From an uncultured archaeon (GTDB lineage Archaea; Altiarchaeota; Altiarchaeia; IMC4; SCGC-AAA252-I15): 64,000 nt of DNA. Shown piece by piece: positions 1 through 9,607 of this stretch; position 1 is the stretch's first letter; the number at the start of each line of letters is the position of its first letter. Below the pieces are notes generated by a model, which searched no databases, was not told the origin of the DNA, and saw only the letters and a program-made list of their open reading frames with translations. The stretch covers positions 1 to 64,000 of the forward strand of contig CAZPLO010000005.1 in assembly GCA_964587725.1 (NCBI GenBank). The letters are read 5' to 3'. Made by a program: the position numbers and the translations under genes.

Positions 1-219
1 GACATATACGACCTCAACGAGGTGGAATGGGCTATTGCGACGCGCTGTCAGATGGACAAGGACGCGAACGTGTTCAACGCGAAGGGTTCGAGCCTGGACT
101 GCAGCGCAACCTGCATGCCCGGCACCGACCGGCTGATGACCGCGAAGGTGGCGTTGGACGCGACCATACCGTGGGACAAGGACCGGGAGGCGTTCAAGAA
201 GGCGAAACTGGGTGAGTAA
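1..219 (+). CDS. UbiD-family decarboxylase, C-terminal fragment (probable anhydromevalonate phosphate decarboxylase); 5' part outside window
   Basis: Frame open from base 1: [15 protein letters not shown]...GSSLD...TAKVALDAT, typical UbiD C-terminus; directly upstream of the AcnX genes. Confidence 0.85.
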   Translation, partial: DIYDLNEVEWAIATRCQMDKDANVFNAKGSSLDCSATCMPGTDRLMTAKVALDATIPWDKDREAFKKAKLGE

Positions 220-221
220 AC

Positions 222-1421
222 ATGCAGCTGACGAAGGAGGAAGAGCGGATACTAGATGGCTCGGAAGGGAACGCCGCAGCCAAGAGCATGAAGATACTCA
301 TCGCATTGGGCGAAATATACGGCGCCGAAAAACTCATCCCAGTCGGCAGCGTCCAGATAGCGGGTGTGAGCTTCAAAAACCTCGGCGACCCAGGGTTGGA
401 GTATCTGGCGGAGCTGGCGAAGGACGGGCAGGTGAAGGTGCTGACCACCCTGAACCCCGCCGGCATGGACATGCTCGAGTGGAAGAAACTCGACATAAGC
501 GACGAGTTCGCCGTGAAACAGCAGAAGGTCGTCGACGCATTTTCTAAGATGGGTGTTGTTACGACGTGCACATGCACCCCCTACCTTATAGGAAATCTTC
601 CCTCCTTCGGGGAGCACATAGCCTGGGCGGAGTCGAGTGCGGTCACGTTCGCCAACAGCGTCATAGGCGCGCGAACCAACCGCGAAGGCGGCCCATCTGC
701 CATCGCGGCGGCGATGGTCGGGAAGACCCCCGCCTACGGCCTCCACCTGGACGAAAACCGCGTCCCTGAAGTGCATTTCAAGGTGAAGGCTGAGGTGGAG
801 TCTCTCGCAGACTACGGCGCCCTCGGCTACGCCCTCGGCAACATGTCGGAGAAGAGGATACCGTATATCACGGGCGTCGGCATCTCCGACGTAGACTATC
901 TGAAGAGCTTCGGGGCGTCGTTCATAACCTACGGCGGACCCCCACTGTACCACATGAAAGGCTATACTCCGGAGGCGTCGATGCATAAGAAGCCGAAGGA
1001 ATCGGTTGAGGTCTCTCAGAAGGACCTGGATGAAGCGTATAGGGCGTTGAACGACGACGCGGACGAAGTGGATTTCGTGTCGCTGGGGTGTCCTCACGCC
1101 AGCATCAAGGAGATTGCCGAAGTGGCGGCGTTCCTGAAGGACAGGAAGGTGAAGGACGGCGTTGAGCTGTGGATTGCGACCGCCCGTCCGACGAAGGAGA
1201 TAGCGGACAAACGCGGATACACCCAAATCATCGAGGACGCCGGCGGCAAGATGGCGGTGGGCACCTGCATGGTGGTGGCGCCCATCAAGGGCCGTTTCAA
1301 GACGATGGCGACCACCAGCGCGAAGGCCTGCTTCTACGTCCGAGGCAGGCACGGATTCAACGCCCACATCGGCGACTTCAGGAAGTGTTTGGACGTGGCG
1401 GTGACCGGAAAATGGAGATGA
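222..1421 (+). CDS. Aconitase X large subunit (phosphomevalonate dehydratase large subunit)
   Basis: TCTPY, AWAESSA, GARTNREGG, LGCPHAS and TCMVVAP motifs of AcnX/DUF521. Confidence 0.92.
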   Translation: MQLTKEEERILDGSEGNAAAKSMKILIALGEIYGAEKLIPVGSVQIAGVSFKNLGDPGLEYLAELAKDGQVKVLTTLNPAGMDMLEWKKLDISDEFAVKQQKVVDAFSKMGVVTTCTCTPYLIGNLPSFGEHIAWAESSAVTFANSVIGARTNREGGPSAIAAAMVGKTPAYGLHLDENRVPEVHFKVKAEVESLADYGALGYALGNMSEKRIPYITGVGISDVDYLKSFGASFITYGGPPLYHMKGYTPEASMHKKPKESVEVSQKDLDEAYRALNDDADEVDFVSLGCPHASIKEIAEVAAFLKDRKVKDGVELWIATARPTKEIADKRGYTQIIEDAGGKMAVGTCMVVAPIKGRFKTMATTSAKACFYVRGRHGFNAHIGDFRKCLDVAVTGKWR

Positions 1422-1795
1422 AAGGAAGGGTAATCAACAACGGCAGCGTAGAGGGGGAAGCCATTGTGTCACAGAACCCAATCAGCTTCTACGGGGGGGT
1501 GGATCCGGACACGGGTAAGGTGACGGACCAGGACAGCGACATCGACGGCCAAAGCATATCGGGGAAGATACTCGTGTTCCCTTACGGGAAAGGCAGCACC
1601 GTCGCCCCGTACACGATATACCAGCTGGCGAAGGGCGGGAGGGCGCCGCTGGCGATGATAAACTCCGAGGCGGAGACGATCGTGGCGGTCGGCTGCATCA
1701 TATCCGACATACCCGCAGTAGACAAAATAGACATAGGCAGGATAAAAACCGGCGACAAAGTGAAAGTAGAAGGCGGAACCGTGGCGGTCGGCTGA
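1418..1795 (+). CDS. Aconitase X swivel subunit, DUF126 (phosphomevalonate dehydratase small subunit)
   Basis: ATGA overlap with large-subunit stop; ISFYGGVDPDTG and GKGST motifs. Confidence 0.92.
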   Translation: MKGRVINNGSVEGEAIVSQNPISFYGGVDPDTGKVTDQDSDIDGQSISGKILVFPYGKGSTVAPYTIYQLAKGGRAPLAMINSEAETIVAVGCIISDIPAVDKIDIGRIKTGDKVKVEGGTVAVG

Positions 1796-1834
1796 GACCG
1801 TGCTGTTTTTATACCAGCGCCCATATGTTACCCG

Positions 1835-2098
1835 ATGGACGACTTGCGCGGGGAGAACGAGGTTCTGCGGCGGCAGCTCCTGGACTGCAGGAAGAAGCTG
1901 GAGGAGGCGATTATACGGGAGTTCGAGCTCGCCGACGAGATCGAGGAGCTCGCGTCCGGCGCTAAGGTGCGGAAGATTGAGGAGCAGAACCGGAAGCTCA
2001 TAAAGCTTATCAAGAGGATGCGCGAGGAACTGGGGATGGAGCGCGCGAAACTCGACTTTCTTACAGTGGGTGTGGGGAAGAAGCGCCGCCACAAATAA
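1835..2098 (+). CDS. Hypothetical coiled-coil protein
   Basis: 87-aa E/K/R-rich heptad pattern; TATA-like TTTTTATA upstream. Confidence 0.6.
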   Translation: MDDLRGENEVLRRQLLDCRKKLEEAIIREFELADEIEELASGAKVRKIEEQNRKLIKLIKRMREELGMERAKLDFLTVGVGKKRRHK

Positions 2099-2121
2099 AT
2101 ACCTGGACGCGTATACTTCAC

Positions 2122-2430
2122 GTGATGGAGCCGGAGGAGTTCAGGAAAGTAGTGGAGGACAAGGGACTGCGTAAAGGCACGTTCATAGCATGTAAGACCA
2201 GCAACAGCGTCTGCACCGGCTACTTCTTGGAAGCATGCTATAAGACGTCGGTGGGCGGGTTCATCAACGTCGCAGGCACCAGGAAGATAGGGCAGGGCCG
2301 TGGCGAGGAGGACTGGTACGACCACGCATACAGCATACCATTGAACAGGATAGAATCCGTTGAGGTGTTGAAGCAGCCGTTCGCCGAAGCCGGCGAAATC
2401 GGGGAAGACCAGACCAGGCTCGAAGAATGA
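2122..2430 (+). CDS. Hypothetical protein
   Basis: 102-aa ORF with host-like codon usage; ATGA overlap with next gene. Confidence 0.55.
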   Translation: MMEPEEFRKVVEDKGLRKGTFIACKTSNSVCTGYFLEACYKTSVGGFINVAGTRKIGQGRGEEDWYDHAYSIPLNRIESVEVLKQPFAEAGEIGEDQTRLEE

Positions 2431-3197
2431 AAGACACTGTGCTGCTGACCGGAGCCGCGGGGAAGATAGGCGCGGGGTTCCGCGACGAGTACTTGGAGAA
2501 ATACAGCCGAGCATACAAACTGCGGCTGGGTGTTTTCAAAGACCTGGAGGACGGCCGGTTCGGAGACGTAGTGGAGCTGGATATTACGGACTATGAGGGC
2601 GTGTTGGCGGCGTTGGACGGCGTCGACGTGATACTGCATCTCGCGGCGAACGCGGACTGGCAGGCGTCCTACGACGAACTCGAGGGCCCGAACCTCAGGG
2701 GCGCATACAACGTATTCCAGGGGGCTGTGGAGGTGGGGTGCCGCCGCGTAGTCTTCGCGTCGAGCGTCCACGCCATCATGGGTTACCCAGTCGACTATCA
2801 GGTGCACGCACACGACCCCCCTCGTGCGGACAGCCTGTACGGCGTCTCCAAAGTCTACGGCGAAGCCCTGTGTTCCGCGTACGCGCACATGCACGGCATC
2901 TCCTGCATTGCGGTCCGCATCGGAGCCTACCGTTCAACGGATGAACTACGGTCCCTGAAGGATGAGGATAATCCGCAGCTCCTCGACATCATGGTGACTC
3001 AACGCGACCTCTGCCAGCTACTCCACAAATGCATTACGGCTCCGGAGCACGTGAAATACGCGGTGGTGGCCGGGTTGAGCAACAACCGCTACACCCGCAT
3101 GCAAAACAACGAAGCATGCGACCTCCTCGGCTATGAACCCCAGGACGACGCCTTCGAATTAGGCGGAGTCAGCCTCGGAGAAGAAGAGAAGGTTTAG
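2427..3197 (+). CDS. NAD-dependent epimerase/dehydratase (extended SDR, uronate-dehydrogenase-like)
   Basis: TGAAGKIG Rossmann motif, FASS and YGVSK catalytic motifs. Confidence 0.85.
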   Translation: MKDTVLLTGAAGKIGAGFRDEYLEKYSRAYKLRLGVFKDLEDGRFGDVVELDITDYEGVLAALDGVDVILHLAANADWQASYDELEGPNLRGAYNVFQGAVEVGCRRVVFASSVHAIMGYPVDYQVHAHDPPRADSLYGVSKVYGEALCSAYAHMHGISCIAVRIGAYRSTDELRSLKDEDNPQLLDIMVTQRDLCQLLHKCITAPEHVKYAVVAGLSNNRYTRMQNNEACDLLGYEPQDDAFELGGVSLGEEEKV

Positions 3198-4114
3198 ACT
3201 CCGATGGTGGTCTTGTAGGCGGCGTATCCTTTGGCTTCTATCGCGTCGGCCACCCTGTCCTGCAATTCCGCCCCAGGCGTCAGCGATATCACGGTTCCTC
3301 CGCGGCCGGTGCCGGTGAGCTTGCTCCCGTACGCGCCCGCTTTCAACGCCGCCTCCCTGATTTCCTCTATTTCAGGGCAGCTTAACGTCATCTCCGCCAG
3401 CAGTTCCTGGTTCCGGTTGAACAGTTCGCCGAGACTCTGAAGGTCGTTCCCCTTAATCGCATTCAGCCCGTCCTCGAACACCCGCATGTAGTCTTCGAAT
3501 ACCCTTTTGTACTGTTCCGGTTTCTCCTCCTTCAGGCGGCGTACGTCGTCGACCACTTCCTTGGTGGTCTGTGTTATGCCGCTGCTCGCCATCACAATGT
3601 CTATGGGGTGTCCGACACTGATTTTCTCTATCCTGTTCGGGCCGCCGTCCAGGTTCTTCTCGAACACGATGAATACGCCGTACACGGAGCAGGTGTTGTC
3701 TATGCCCGACGCCTTCCCGGTGCCGGCGACCTCCGCCATATACGCTGCGTCGTTTATTTCATCGTCGGACAAACCCAGGCTCTTGTGTTCGTTGACGGCG
3801 CGGGCGATGCTCGCAGCCAACGCCGCGCTCGCCCCCACACCCGACGCACACACCAGGTCGCCTGACAATGTGATTCTGACGTTGCCGAGTTCGAAGTGCT
3901 TCTTCAGCGCATCCAATTGTCTGTTGATTTCAGGCTCCTTCCGCTCCTTGTACCCCGGCGTCTCAGGCCGTTCGTCTATGAACTCGAACATGTCGCCGTC
4001 TTCCACGGTCGCAACCGTCTTCCGTCCTATGGCGGACGCCACCGCCGGAAGCCCGTATACCACGAAATGCTCTCCGAACAAAATAGTCTTCCCGTAACCC
4101 ACTCCCTCAGCCAT
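3194..4114 (-). CDS. mvk: Mevalonate kinase
   Basis: GKTILFGEHFVVYG, SGVGASAA, ASGID and KLTGTGRGG GHMP motifs. Confidence 0.9.
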   Translation of the reverse strand: MAEGVGYGKTILFGEHFVVYGLPAVASAIGRKTVATVEDGDMFEFIDERPETPGYKERKEPEINRQLDALKKHFELGNVRITLSGDLVCASGVGASAALAASIARAVNEHKSLGLSDDEINDAAYMAEVAGTGKASGIDNTCSVYGVFIVFEKNLDGGPNRIEKISVGHPIDIVMASSGITQTTKEVVDDVRRLKEEKPEQYKRVFEDYMRVFEDGLNAIKGNDLQSLGELFNRNQELLAEMTLSCPEIEEIREAALKAGAYGSKLTGTGRGGTVISLTPGAELQDRVADAIEAKGYAAYKTTIGV

Positions 4115-4146
4115 CGTCTAAAACTAATCTGATTCACCGAATAAAA

Positions 4147-4389
4147 TCATGTGTAGTCCTGTATGGATTTCTGCTGGCTGTGGCGCCGGCATATCCTGCA
4201 CATCCTGAGACCCTTCATCTCGGCCTTGATTCTGGTTTTGAAGTATACCTTGTTTTCGTCGCGGATGCTCTGGCAGTACGGGCACTCGCATTCCACCCGG
4301 TGGTACAGTTGTTCGCGGGAGTTCACGCTCGACACGTACTCCCTGTTCAAATGGAATAGACCCTGAAGCCAGGATAGTAGTTCCATCAC
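4147..4389 (-). CDS. Small putative zinc-binding protein
   Basis: 80 aa with CECPYC and CRIC motifs; co-oriented between two mevalonate-pathway genes. Confidence 0.55.
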   Translation of the reverse strand: MMELLSWLQGLFHLNREYVSSVNSREQLYHRVECECPYCQSIRDENKVYFKTRIKAEMKGLRMCRICRRHSQQKSIQDYT

Positions 4390-4416
4390 CCCTCACACAC
4401 CAATGTGAACAAGGCA

Positions 4417-5367
4417 TTAAATAGTCTTCGCGGGGCCTGCGACACGGTAGTGTTTGTACCTGTATCCTGAGTCCTTCAGCTCCCTCGACACCTCCTTCGC
4501 GTACCTGTGCAGCGTGAACACGTAGACGACGCTGCCGCCGGCCGCGTTCCAGAAGGCCTTCAACCCCCTGGTTCTCACGTCCGCCACCAATTCTATGAGC
4601 TCCCGCATCTCCGGCTTTATCACGTCCATGCCCATGTCAGCGAACATCCCGTGCACGGTCTTCGCCTCGGACTCCATCAGCTCCAGTATGCCGATGACGT
4701 TCCTGTCATCCACCAGATACTGTAGTTCGCGGAGGCGGTAGTCAACCTGTACCTGACGCTGCGTGTACTGGGGGTGCTGCACCACCCTCCGGTGGAGGTC
4801 GTCTGCGGTGAACCGTCTGATGTCGAACGGCACCGCGTATATGTTCACGTCCTTGAAGAAGGATTCATCGGCCAGCTGCGTCACCCGCACATTCCCCTCG
4901 TCGTCTATGACGTACTGGCTCAACCCGCCGATGAGGCTCCTGTAAGCTGTTTCACTCACCTTTCTCGCCAGCTCCACCTGCCGCCACAGGGGCAGATTCA
5001 GCTCCAGCATCCCGTCCAACGCCGTCACCAACGCCGCGGCGCCGGAGTCGCTGCTGCCGGACAGTATGCCGTGGTTTATGGACTCCACCCTCACCCCCAT
5101 CCTGTCGGTCATCAGCGAAGACACCTCTCTGATAACCTCCAAAGCGCCGGCGGCCCGGGAGCCCTCCGGTTTCGCGCCGTCCAGCGTGAACTCCACACCG
5201 TATTTTCGGGACTCCGCCCTAGTCTCCGTCTTAACAGTCCCGTACGCGTCCGTCACTGCGAAGCTGGCGTGGCTGTGGCCTGAAATTCTCATCTCATAGT
5301 TCCTGAACCCTTCGGCGAAAATCAGCGGCAACCCGGGGTACGCGACCGCGGCGGAGCGGGATTTCAT
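4417..5367 (-). CDS. Diphosphomevalonate-decarboxylase-family GHMP protein, mevalonate-3-kinase-like
   Basis: AVAYP N-terminus, GILSGSSDSGAAA and VSETAYRSLIGGL; AAGGSVVYV in place of DAGPN, so no catalytic Asp. Confidence 0.75.
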   Translation of the reverse strand: MKSRSAAVAYPGLPLIFAEGFRNYEMRISGHSHASFAVTDAYGTVKTETRAESRKYGVEFTLDGAKPEGSRAAGALEVIREVSSLMTDRMGVRVESINHGILSGSSDSGAAALVTALDGMLELNLPLWRQVELARKVSETAYRSLIGGLSQYVIDDEGNVRVTQLADESFFKDVNIYAVPFDIRRFTADDLHRRVVQHPQYTQRQVQVDYRLRELQYLVDDRNVIGILELMESEAKTVHGMFADMGMDVIKPEMRELIELVADVRTRGLKAFWNAAGGSVVYVFTLHRYAKEVSRELKDSGYRYKHYRVAGPAKTI

Positions 5368-5402
5368 CGTCGTATTATTAACTGTAGTACAATATATTTG
5401 CC

Positions 5403-6056
5403 ATGACCGCGGTCATATTCGATTTGGACGGGACACTGGTGGATTTGTTCGAACTCCATTTGAGGGGTTTTCAGGAGGTTATGGAGGGGGACTACGGACT
5501 CGACTTCCAGAGGGAGGATTTGGAGGTCCACTACGGCCGCACCGCCGCCGACATAGCCCGCATATTCTTCGAGAAACACGGCGTCGAAGGCGTCGACTAC
5601 GGGGAATTCACCCGCAAGAGGAGGCAGCACGTGATAGACAACATGAACTCATGCCGTGTTCTGCCGGGGGCGGAGGAGCTGCTCCGCGCCCTGAGGAAGA
5701 AGGGTGTGCGGATGGCTGTGGCGACGTCGAATCATCCGCGGACGGGGCGCGCAATCATGGGCTCCTGCGGCTTGACCGATTACTTCCAGGCGGAAGTTTA
5801 CAGGACAGACGATTTGAAGAGCAAGCCCGCCCCCGACATATTCCTGAAGGCCGCGGAGGAGTTGAAGATGAAGCCGGGCGACTGCGTGGTCGTGGAGGAC
5901 TCGGTATACGGGATTCAGGCTGCTAAGGCCGCGGGTATGAAGTCCGTTGCGGTGGCGACCGGAACCCACACACGCGATGAGCTGTTGGAGGAGGACCCTG
6001 ACGCAATGTTCAACACACTGGAGGAAGTTGACGCGGACGCCCTGCTCAGCCTTTAG
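5403..6056 (+). CDS. HAD-superfamily phosphatase (beta-phosphoglucomutase-like)
   Basis: FDLDGTLVD, KPAPD and VVEDS motifs. Confidence 0.9.
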   Translation: MTAVIFDLDGTLVDLFELHLRGFQEVMEGDYGLDFQREDLEVHYGRTAADIARIFFEKHGVEGVDYGEFTRKRRQHVIDNMNSCRVLPGAEELLRALRKKGVRMAVATSNHPRTGRAIMGSCGLTDYFQAEVYRTDDLKSKPAPDIFLKAAEELKMKPGDCVVVEDSVYGIQAAKAAGMKSVAVATGTHTRDELLEEDPDAMFNTLEEVDADALLSL

Positions 6057-6819
6057 TTATGATGTCCTTCAGCGCAGCCAGGAGGTCGCGTTCACTGACC
6101 ATTCCAACCAGCCGGTCGTTGTCGACGACGGGGAAGCGGCGGCAGCCGTAGTAGTACATGAGGTGGCAGGCGTGGCTGACCTCCGTGTCCGGGTCTATGG
6201 TGACGACTTCAGAGGACATGATGTGGTGGACCTTGGTTTCGTCGGGGTCCCTGCCTTTCGCGACCATGCTCCGCAGCACATCCCGTTCGGTGAGTATGCC
6301 GGTTATACCGCTCGCGTCCAACACTATCACCGACCCTATGTTGTTGTCTATCATCACCTTCATGGCGTCGCTTACGGACGCGGTTGAGGCGATGGTGTAG
6401 AGTGAGGTGCTCATGTGGTCGGACACGGTGCCGTGGGCCGAGGGGTTGGACAGCTCGAATAGGATGTCTGTGGCGGTGACTATGCCCACCAGGTCCTTTC
6501 CTGAAACCACGGGCAGCCGCCTGAACCGGTGTTTCACCAGCACGTCGGCTGCTTCGATGATGGTGGTGTCCTGCGGCGCGGTTATCACCTCCTTGGTCAT
6601 CCAGTCCCCCACCCTCGCTTCTTCGACGATGTCGCCCGCGCCGAAGTGGCGTAGAATGTCGCGTTCAGTCAGTATCCCCCCTATTCTGCTGTCCTCGTGG
6701 ATTATGATGGAGCCGATGTTCTTCTCAGCCATTTTGGCGGCCGCAGCCGCCACATCCAGGGACTCCTCCACGGTGACGACCCGGTGTGTCATCACCTCCG
6801 ACAGCTTCCTGTAAGGCAT
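6046..6819 (-). CDS. CBS-domain protein (four CBS repeats)
   Basis: Repeated GILTERD / GIVTATD / GMVSERD motifs. Confidence 0.9.
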   Translation of the reverse strand: MPYRKLSEVMTHRVVTVEESLDVAAAAAKMAEKNIGSIIIHEDSRIGGILTERDILRHFGAGDIVEEARVGDWMTKEVITAPQDTTIIEAADVLVKHRFRRLPVVSGKDLVGIVTATDILFELSNPSAHGTVSDHMSTSLYTIASTASVSDAMKVMIDNNIGSVIVLDASGITGILTERDVLRSMVAKGRDPDETKVHHIMSSEVVTIDPDTEVSHACHLMYYYGCRRFPVVDNDRLVGMVSERDLLAALKDIITKG

Positions 6820-6894
6820 GTGTAGACCCTCCTACAGAAATCGGATGCAATCCTTAAATACGCCGGGGAGACCGTATAAATAGGGTTAGGTGGT

Positions 6895-7896
6895 ATGTTT
6901 AATCCCATGGACATAGGAGGGGTTCTAGGCGTAAGGTGCGAGGCTGTGGAGCCTGTATTGAAGGATTACGCCCGCGTGGGGGATGAGCGAATGCAGGAGA
7001 TGGTATTGCACCCCATCGAGGCGGGCGGGAAACGTATTAGGCCTTGTCTGACGCTGCTGGCGTGCGAGGCCGTCGGCGGAGAATCTGGGGCGGCGCTGCC
7101 CGCCGCAGCGTCCGTGGAGCTTCTCCACACCTTCACCCTCATCCACGACGACATAATGGACCACGACTCGGAGCGCAGGGGCAGGCCGACGGTCCACAGC
7201 GTCTGGGGGGAGGAGATGGGCATCATAGTCGGCGACACCCTGTATTCAACCGCATTCAAGGCATTGTTGGATGTGAGGCGGAGGGGCGTCGGCGACACCC
7301 GCGTGCTCGACGCCGTCGAAGCCCTGGTTGAAGCCAACGGGGAGCTGCAGGAGGGCCAGATTATGGACATGTTCTTCGAGGAGCGGGAGAGCGTGTCGGA
7401 GGAAGAATACACCTCCATGATACGTAAGAAGACTGGGGCGCTGATTGAGGCCGCCGTCAAGATAGGGTGCATAGTCGGCGGCGGAAGCAAGGAGCAGCTG
7501 GAGGCGTTCAAAACCTACGGCAACAACATCGGCTTGGCGTTCCAGGTGAAGGATGACGTACTGGATTTGACCGCCGACGGCAAGGATTTGGGGAAGCCGG
7601 TCGGCTCCGACGTTCGGGCAGGCAAGAAAACCCTGGTTATGGTCCACGCATTGGAGAACTCGGGCGGCGAAGACAAAAACAGGATACAGGATGTCCTGGG
7701 CCGGAAGGACGCGTCGGACGAGGAGGTGAAGGCCGTGGTGGCTAAACTCCGGGAACTCGGCTCCATCGCGTACGCGGAGGAGAGGGTTTCAACGCTCATC
7801 GACGAGGGTAAGGCGGCGTTGGATGTGCTGCCCGACTCCGACGCGAAGGAGTCGCTGCTGGCTCTCGCAGACTATCTCGTGTCGAGGAACAAGTGA
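6895..7896 (+). CDS. idsA: Geranylgeranyl diphosphate synthase (polyprenyl synthetase)
   Basis: GGKRIRP, FTLIHDDIMD..RRG and FQVKDDVLD aspartate-rich motifs. Confidence 0.92.
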   Translation: MFNPMDIGGVLGVRCEAVEPVLKDYARVGDERMQEMVLHPIEAGGKRIRPCLTLLACEAVGGESGAALPAAASVELLHTFTLIHDDIMDHDSERRGRPTVHSVWGEEMGIIVGDTLYSTAFKALLDVRRRGVGDTRVLDAVEALVEANGELQEGQIMDMFFEERESVSEEEYTSMIRKKTGALIEAAVKIGCIVGGGSKEQLEAFKTYGNNIGLAFQVKDDVLDLTADGKDLGKPVGSDVRAGKKTLVMVHALENSGGEDKNRIQDVLGRKDASDEEVKAVVAKLRELGSIAYAEERVSTLIDEGKAALDVLPDSDAKESLLALADYLVSRNK

Positions 7897-8873
7897 TGAA
7901 GTCACGGAAGACAGACCACCTGAGGATCTGCGTGGAAGAGGACGTGGAGGCGGGGGACCCGGGATTCGAGCTGATAAGGCTGAGGAGTCTGAGCTCCCCC
8001 GAAGCGGATTTGGACTCCGTGGACACGTCGACGGAGTTTCTGGGGAAGAAGCTGGATTTCCCCCTCATATTCGAGGCTATCACCGGCGGCACCCCGGAGG
8101 CGGGTGAAATCAACAAGGGCCTGGCTTCTGTGGCCCAGGAGTACGGCGTCGGCATGGGCGTGGGCAGCCAGCGCGCCGCCATAGAGGATTCGAGTCTGGA
8201 GGACACGTTCAAGGTCCGTGACGTCGCACCTGACATACTGTTGATTGGGAACCTCGGCGCCGTGCAGCTGAACAACGGCTACGGACTGGAGGAGTGTGAA
8301 AAGGCTGTGGAGATGATTGATGCGGACGCGCTGGCGTTGCATTTCAACGCACTGCAGGAGGCGGTTCAACCTGAAGGTGACACCAACTTCAAGGGAACAG
8401 TGGCTGCGGTGAACAAGATCGCTGGGAAGCTGAAAGCCTCCGTAATCGCGAAGGAAGTGGGTTGTGGCCTCGACTACGACACCGCATCCAGGCTGAAGGT
8501 GGACGCATACGACTGCGGCGGCTCTGGGGGGACGTCGTGGAGTCTGGTGGAGAGCTACCGCAGTGAACTGATGAAGGATGTGGGGGTCACGTACGCTTCA
8601 TGGGGTCTCTCGACCGTAGAATCCGTTATGGAGTTGGCGAAGCTGGGCAAGCCGCTGATTGCGTCCGGCGGAGTGCGCACGGGACTGGATGCTGCGAAGT
8701 GTATTGCGTTGGGCGCGGACGTCGTCGGCGTCGCACTGCCTGTGCTCAGGGCCTATGTGTCTGGCGAAGACACGCTGAAAAAGTACCTTGACCGTTTCAT
8801 CCGCGAGTTCCGGGCAGCCATGTATCTGACGGGCTCCGGCACGCTGAAGGATTTGAAGGGGAAGGCGGAGTGA
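7893..8873 (+). CDS. fni: Type 2 isopentenyl-diphosphate delta-isomerase
   Basis: RKTDHL, ITGG, GSQRAA, QEAVQPEGD, KEVGCG and GGTSW motifs. Confidence 0.95.
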   Translation: MMKSRKTDHLRICVEEDVEAGDPGFELIRLRSLSSPEADLDSVDTSTEFLGKKLDFPLIFEAITGGTPEAGEINKGLASVAQEYGVGMGVGSQRAAIEDSSLEDTFKVRDVAPDILLIGNLGAVQLNNGYGLEECEKAVEMIDADALALHFNALQEAVQPEGDTNFKGTVAAVNKIAGKLKASVIAKEVGCGLDYDTASRLKVDAYDCGGSGGTSWSLVESYRSELMKDVGVTYASWGLSTVESVMELAKLGKPLIASGGVRTGLDAAKCIALGADVVGVALPVLRAYVSGEDTLKKYLDRFIREFRAAMYLTGSGTLKDLKGKAE

Positions 8874-9088
8874 TGGACTACGTCACCGTCCGCATAGGTA
8901 AGTCCGGGGTCACACCGGAACTCGTTAAGGAGATGAACGACGTCCTCCGGAAGCGGAAGAAGCTGCGGGTGAAGATACTTAAATCCGGGTTGACCAGGGA
9001 CCGGCGCGACATAATGGATGAGGTGAAAAAGAAAACCCGCTGCCGCAAAGCAACCATCCGCGGCAACACCTTCATACTGGAAAAATAA
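8870..9088 (+). CDS. YhbY/CRM-domain RNA-binding protein
   Basis: VRIGKSGVT, VKILKS and RGNTFIL motifs. Confidence 0.8.
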   Translation: MMDYVTVRIGKSGVTPELVKEMNDVLRKRKKLRVKILKSGLTRDRRDIMDEVKKKTRCRKATIRGNTFILEK

Positions 9089-9118
9089 CAATAATTTAAA
9101 CTTTATTTTAAACTATTG
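9089..9118. repeat. 30-bp palindromic element (12-6-12), copy 1: CAATAATTTAAA-CTTTAT-TTTAAACTATTG
   Basis: Arms 11/12 complementary; 26/30 identical to the reverse complement of 51563-51592; lies between convergent genes. Confidence 0.8.
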
Positions 9119-9133
9119 GTATTCCTTTTTAGA

Positions 9134-9607
9134 TTATTTCAAAAACCGTCTGTCGCTTTTTCTCTTGCCCCGCATCTTCCCGGCGACCCACCCTGTTCTG
9201 GCGTCGGGGTGGGAGTCTATGCTGGGTATGTATGGTTTGATGTCGAGCAGCGGCGTGCCGTTCAGCATGTCCACGCCCCTGACGTGGAGGACGTTGCCTT
9301 CCACGGAGTCTAGTTCGACGACCGTGAACCCTATGGGGTTCGGCCGCCTTGGGGCGCGAATGGAGAACAGCCCGCGTTCCACGTCGTCGAGGAATGGCCT
9401 GGCCTTCAGCTTATACCCGTCTGAGCGGTCGAACAGGTACAGCAGTATGAGGTGGCTGAACCCGTTCACGTCCGCCAGCCCTTCGGCGTACTCGCCGTAT
9501 ACTTCAACCGTTCCCTTGGTGTCTGGAAACAGCGCCCCCTGTATGGGTATGTTCCCCGCCGTCTCATACGGCGTACGTATGACGCCGATGGGCTTCAGGT
9601 CCGTCAC
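9134..9607 (-). CDS. tsaA: tRNA (t6A37)-N6-methyltransferase TrmO/TsaA
   Basis: PIGVIRTPY, GLFSIRAPRRPNPIG and GTPLLDIKPY motifs. Confidence 0.92.
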   Translation of the reverse strand: MTDLKPIGVIRTPYETAGNIPIQGALFPDTKGTVEVYGEYAEGLADVNGFSHLILLYLFDRSDGYKLKARPFLDDVERGLFSIRAPRRPNPIGFTVVELDSVEGNVLHVRGVDMLNGTPLLDIKPYIPSIDSHPDARTGWVAGKMRGKRKSDRRFLK

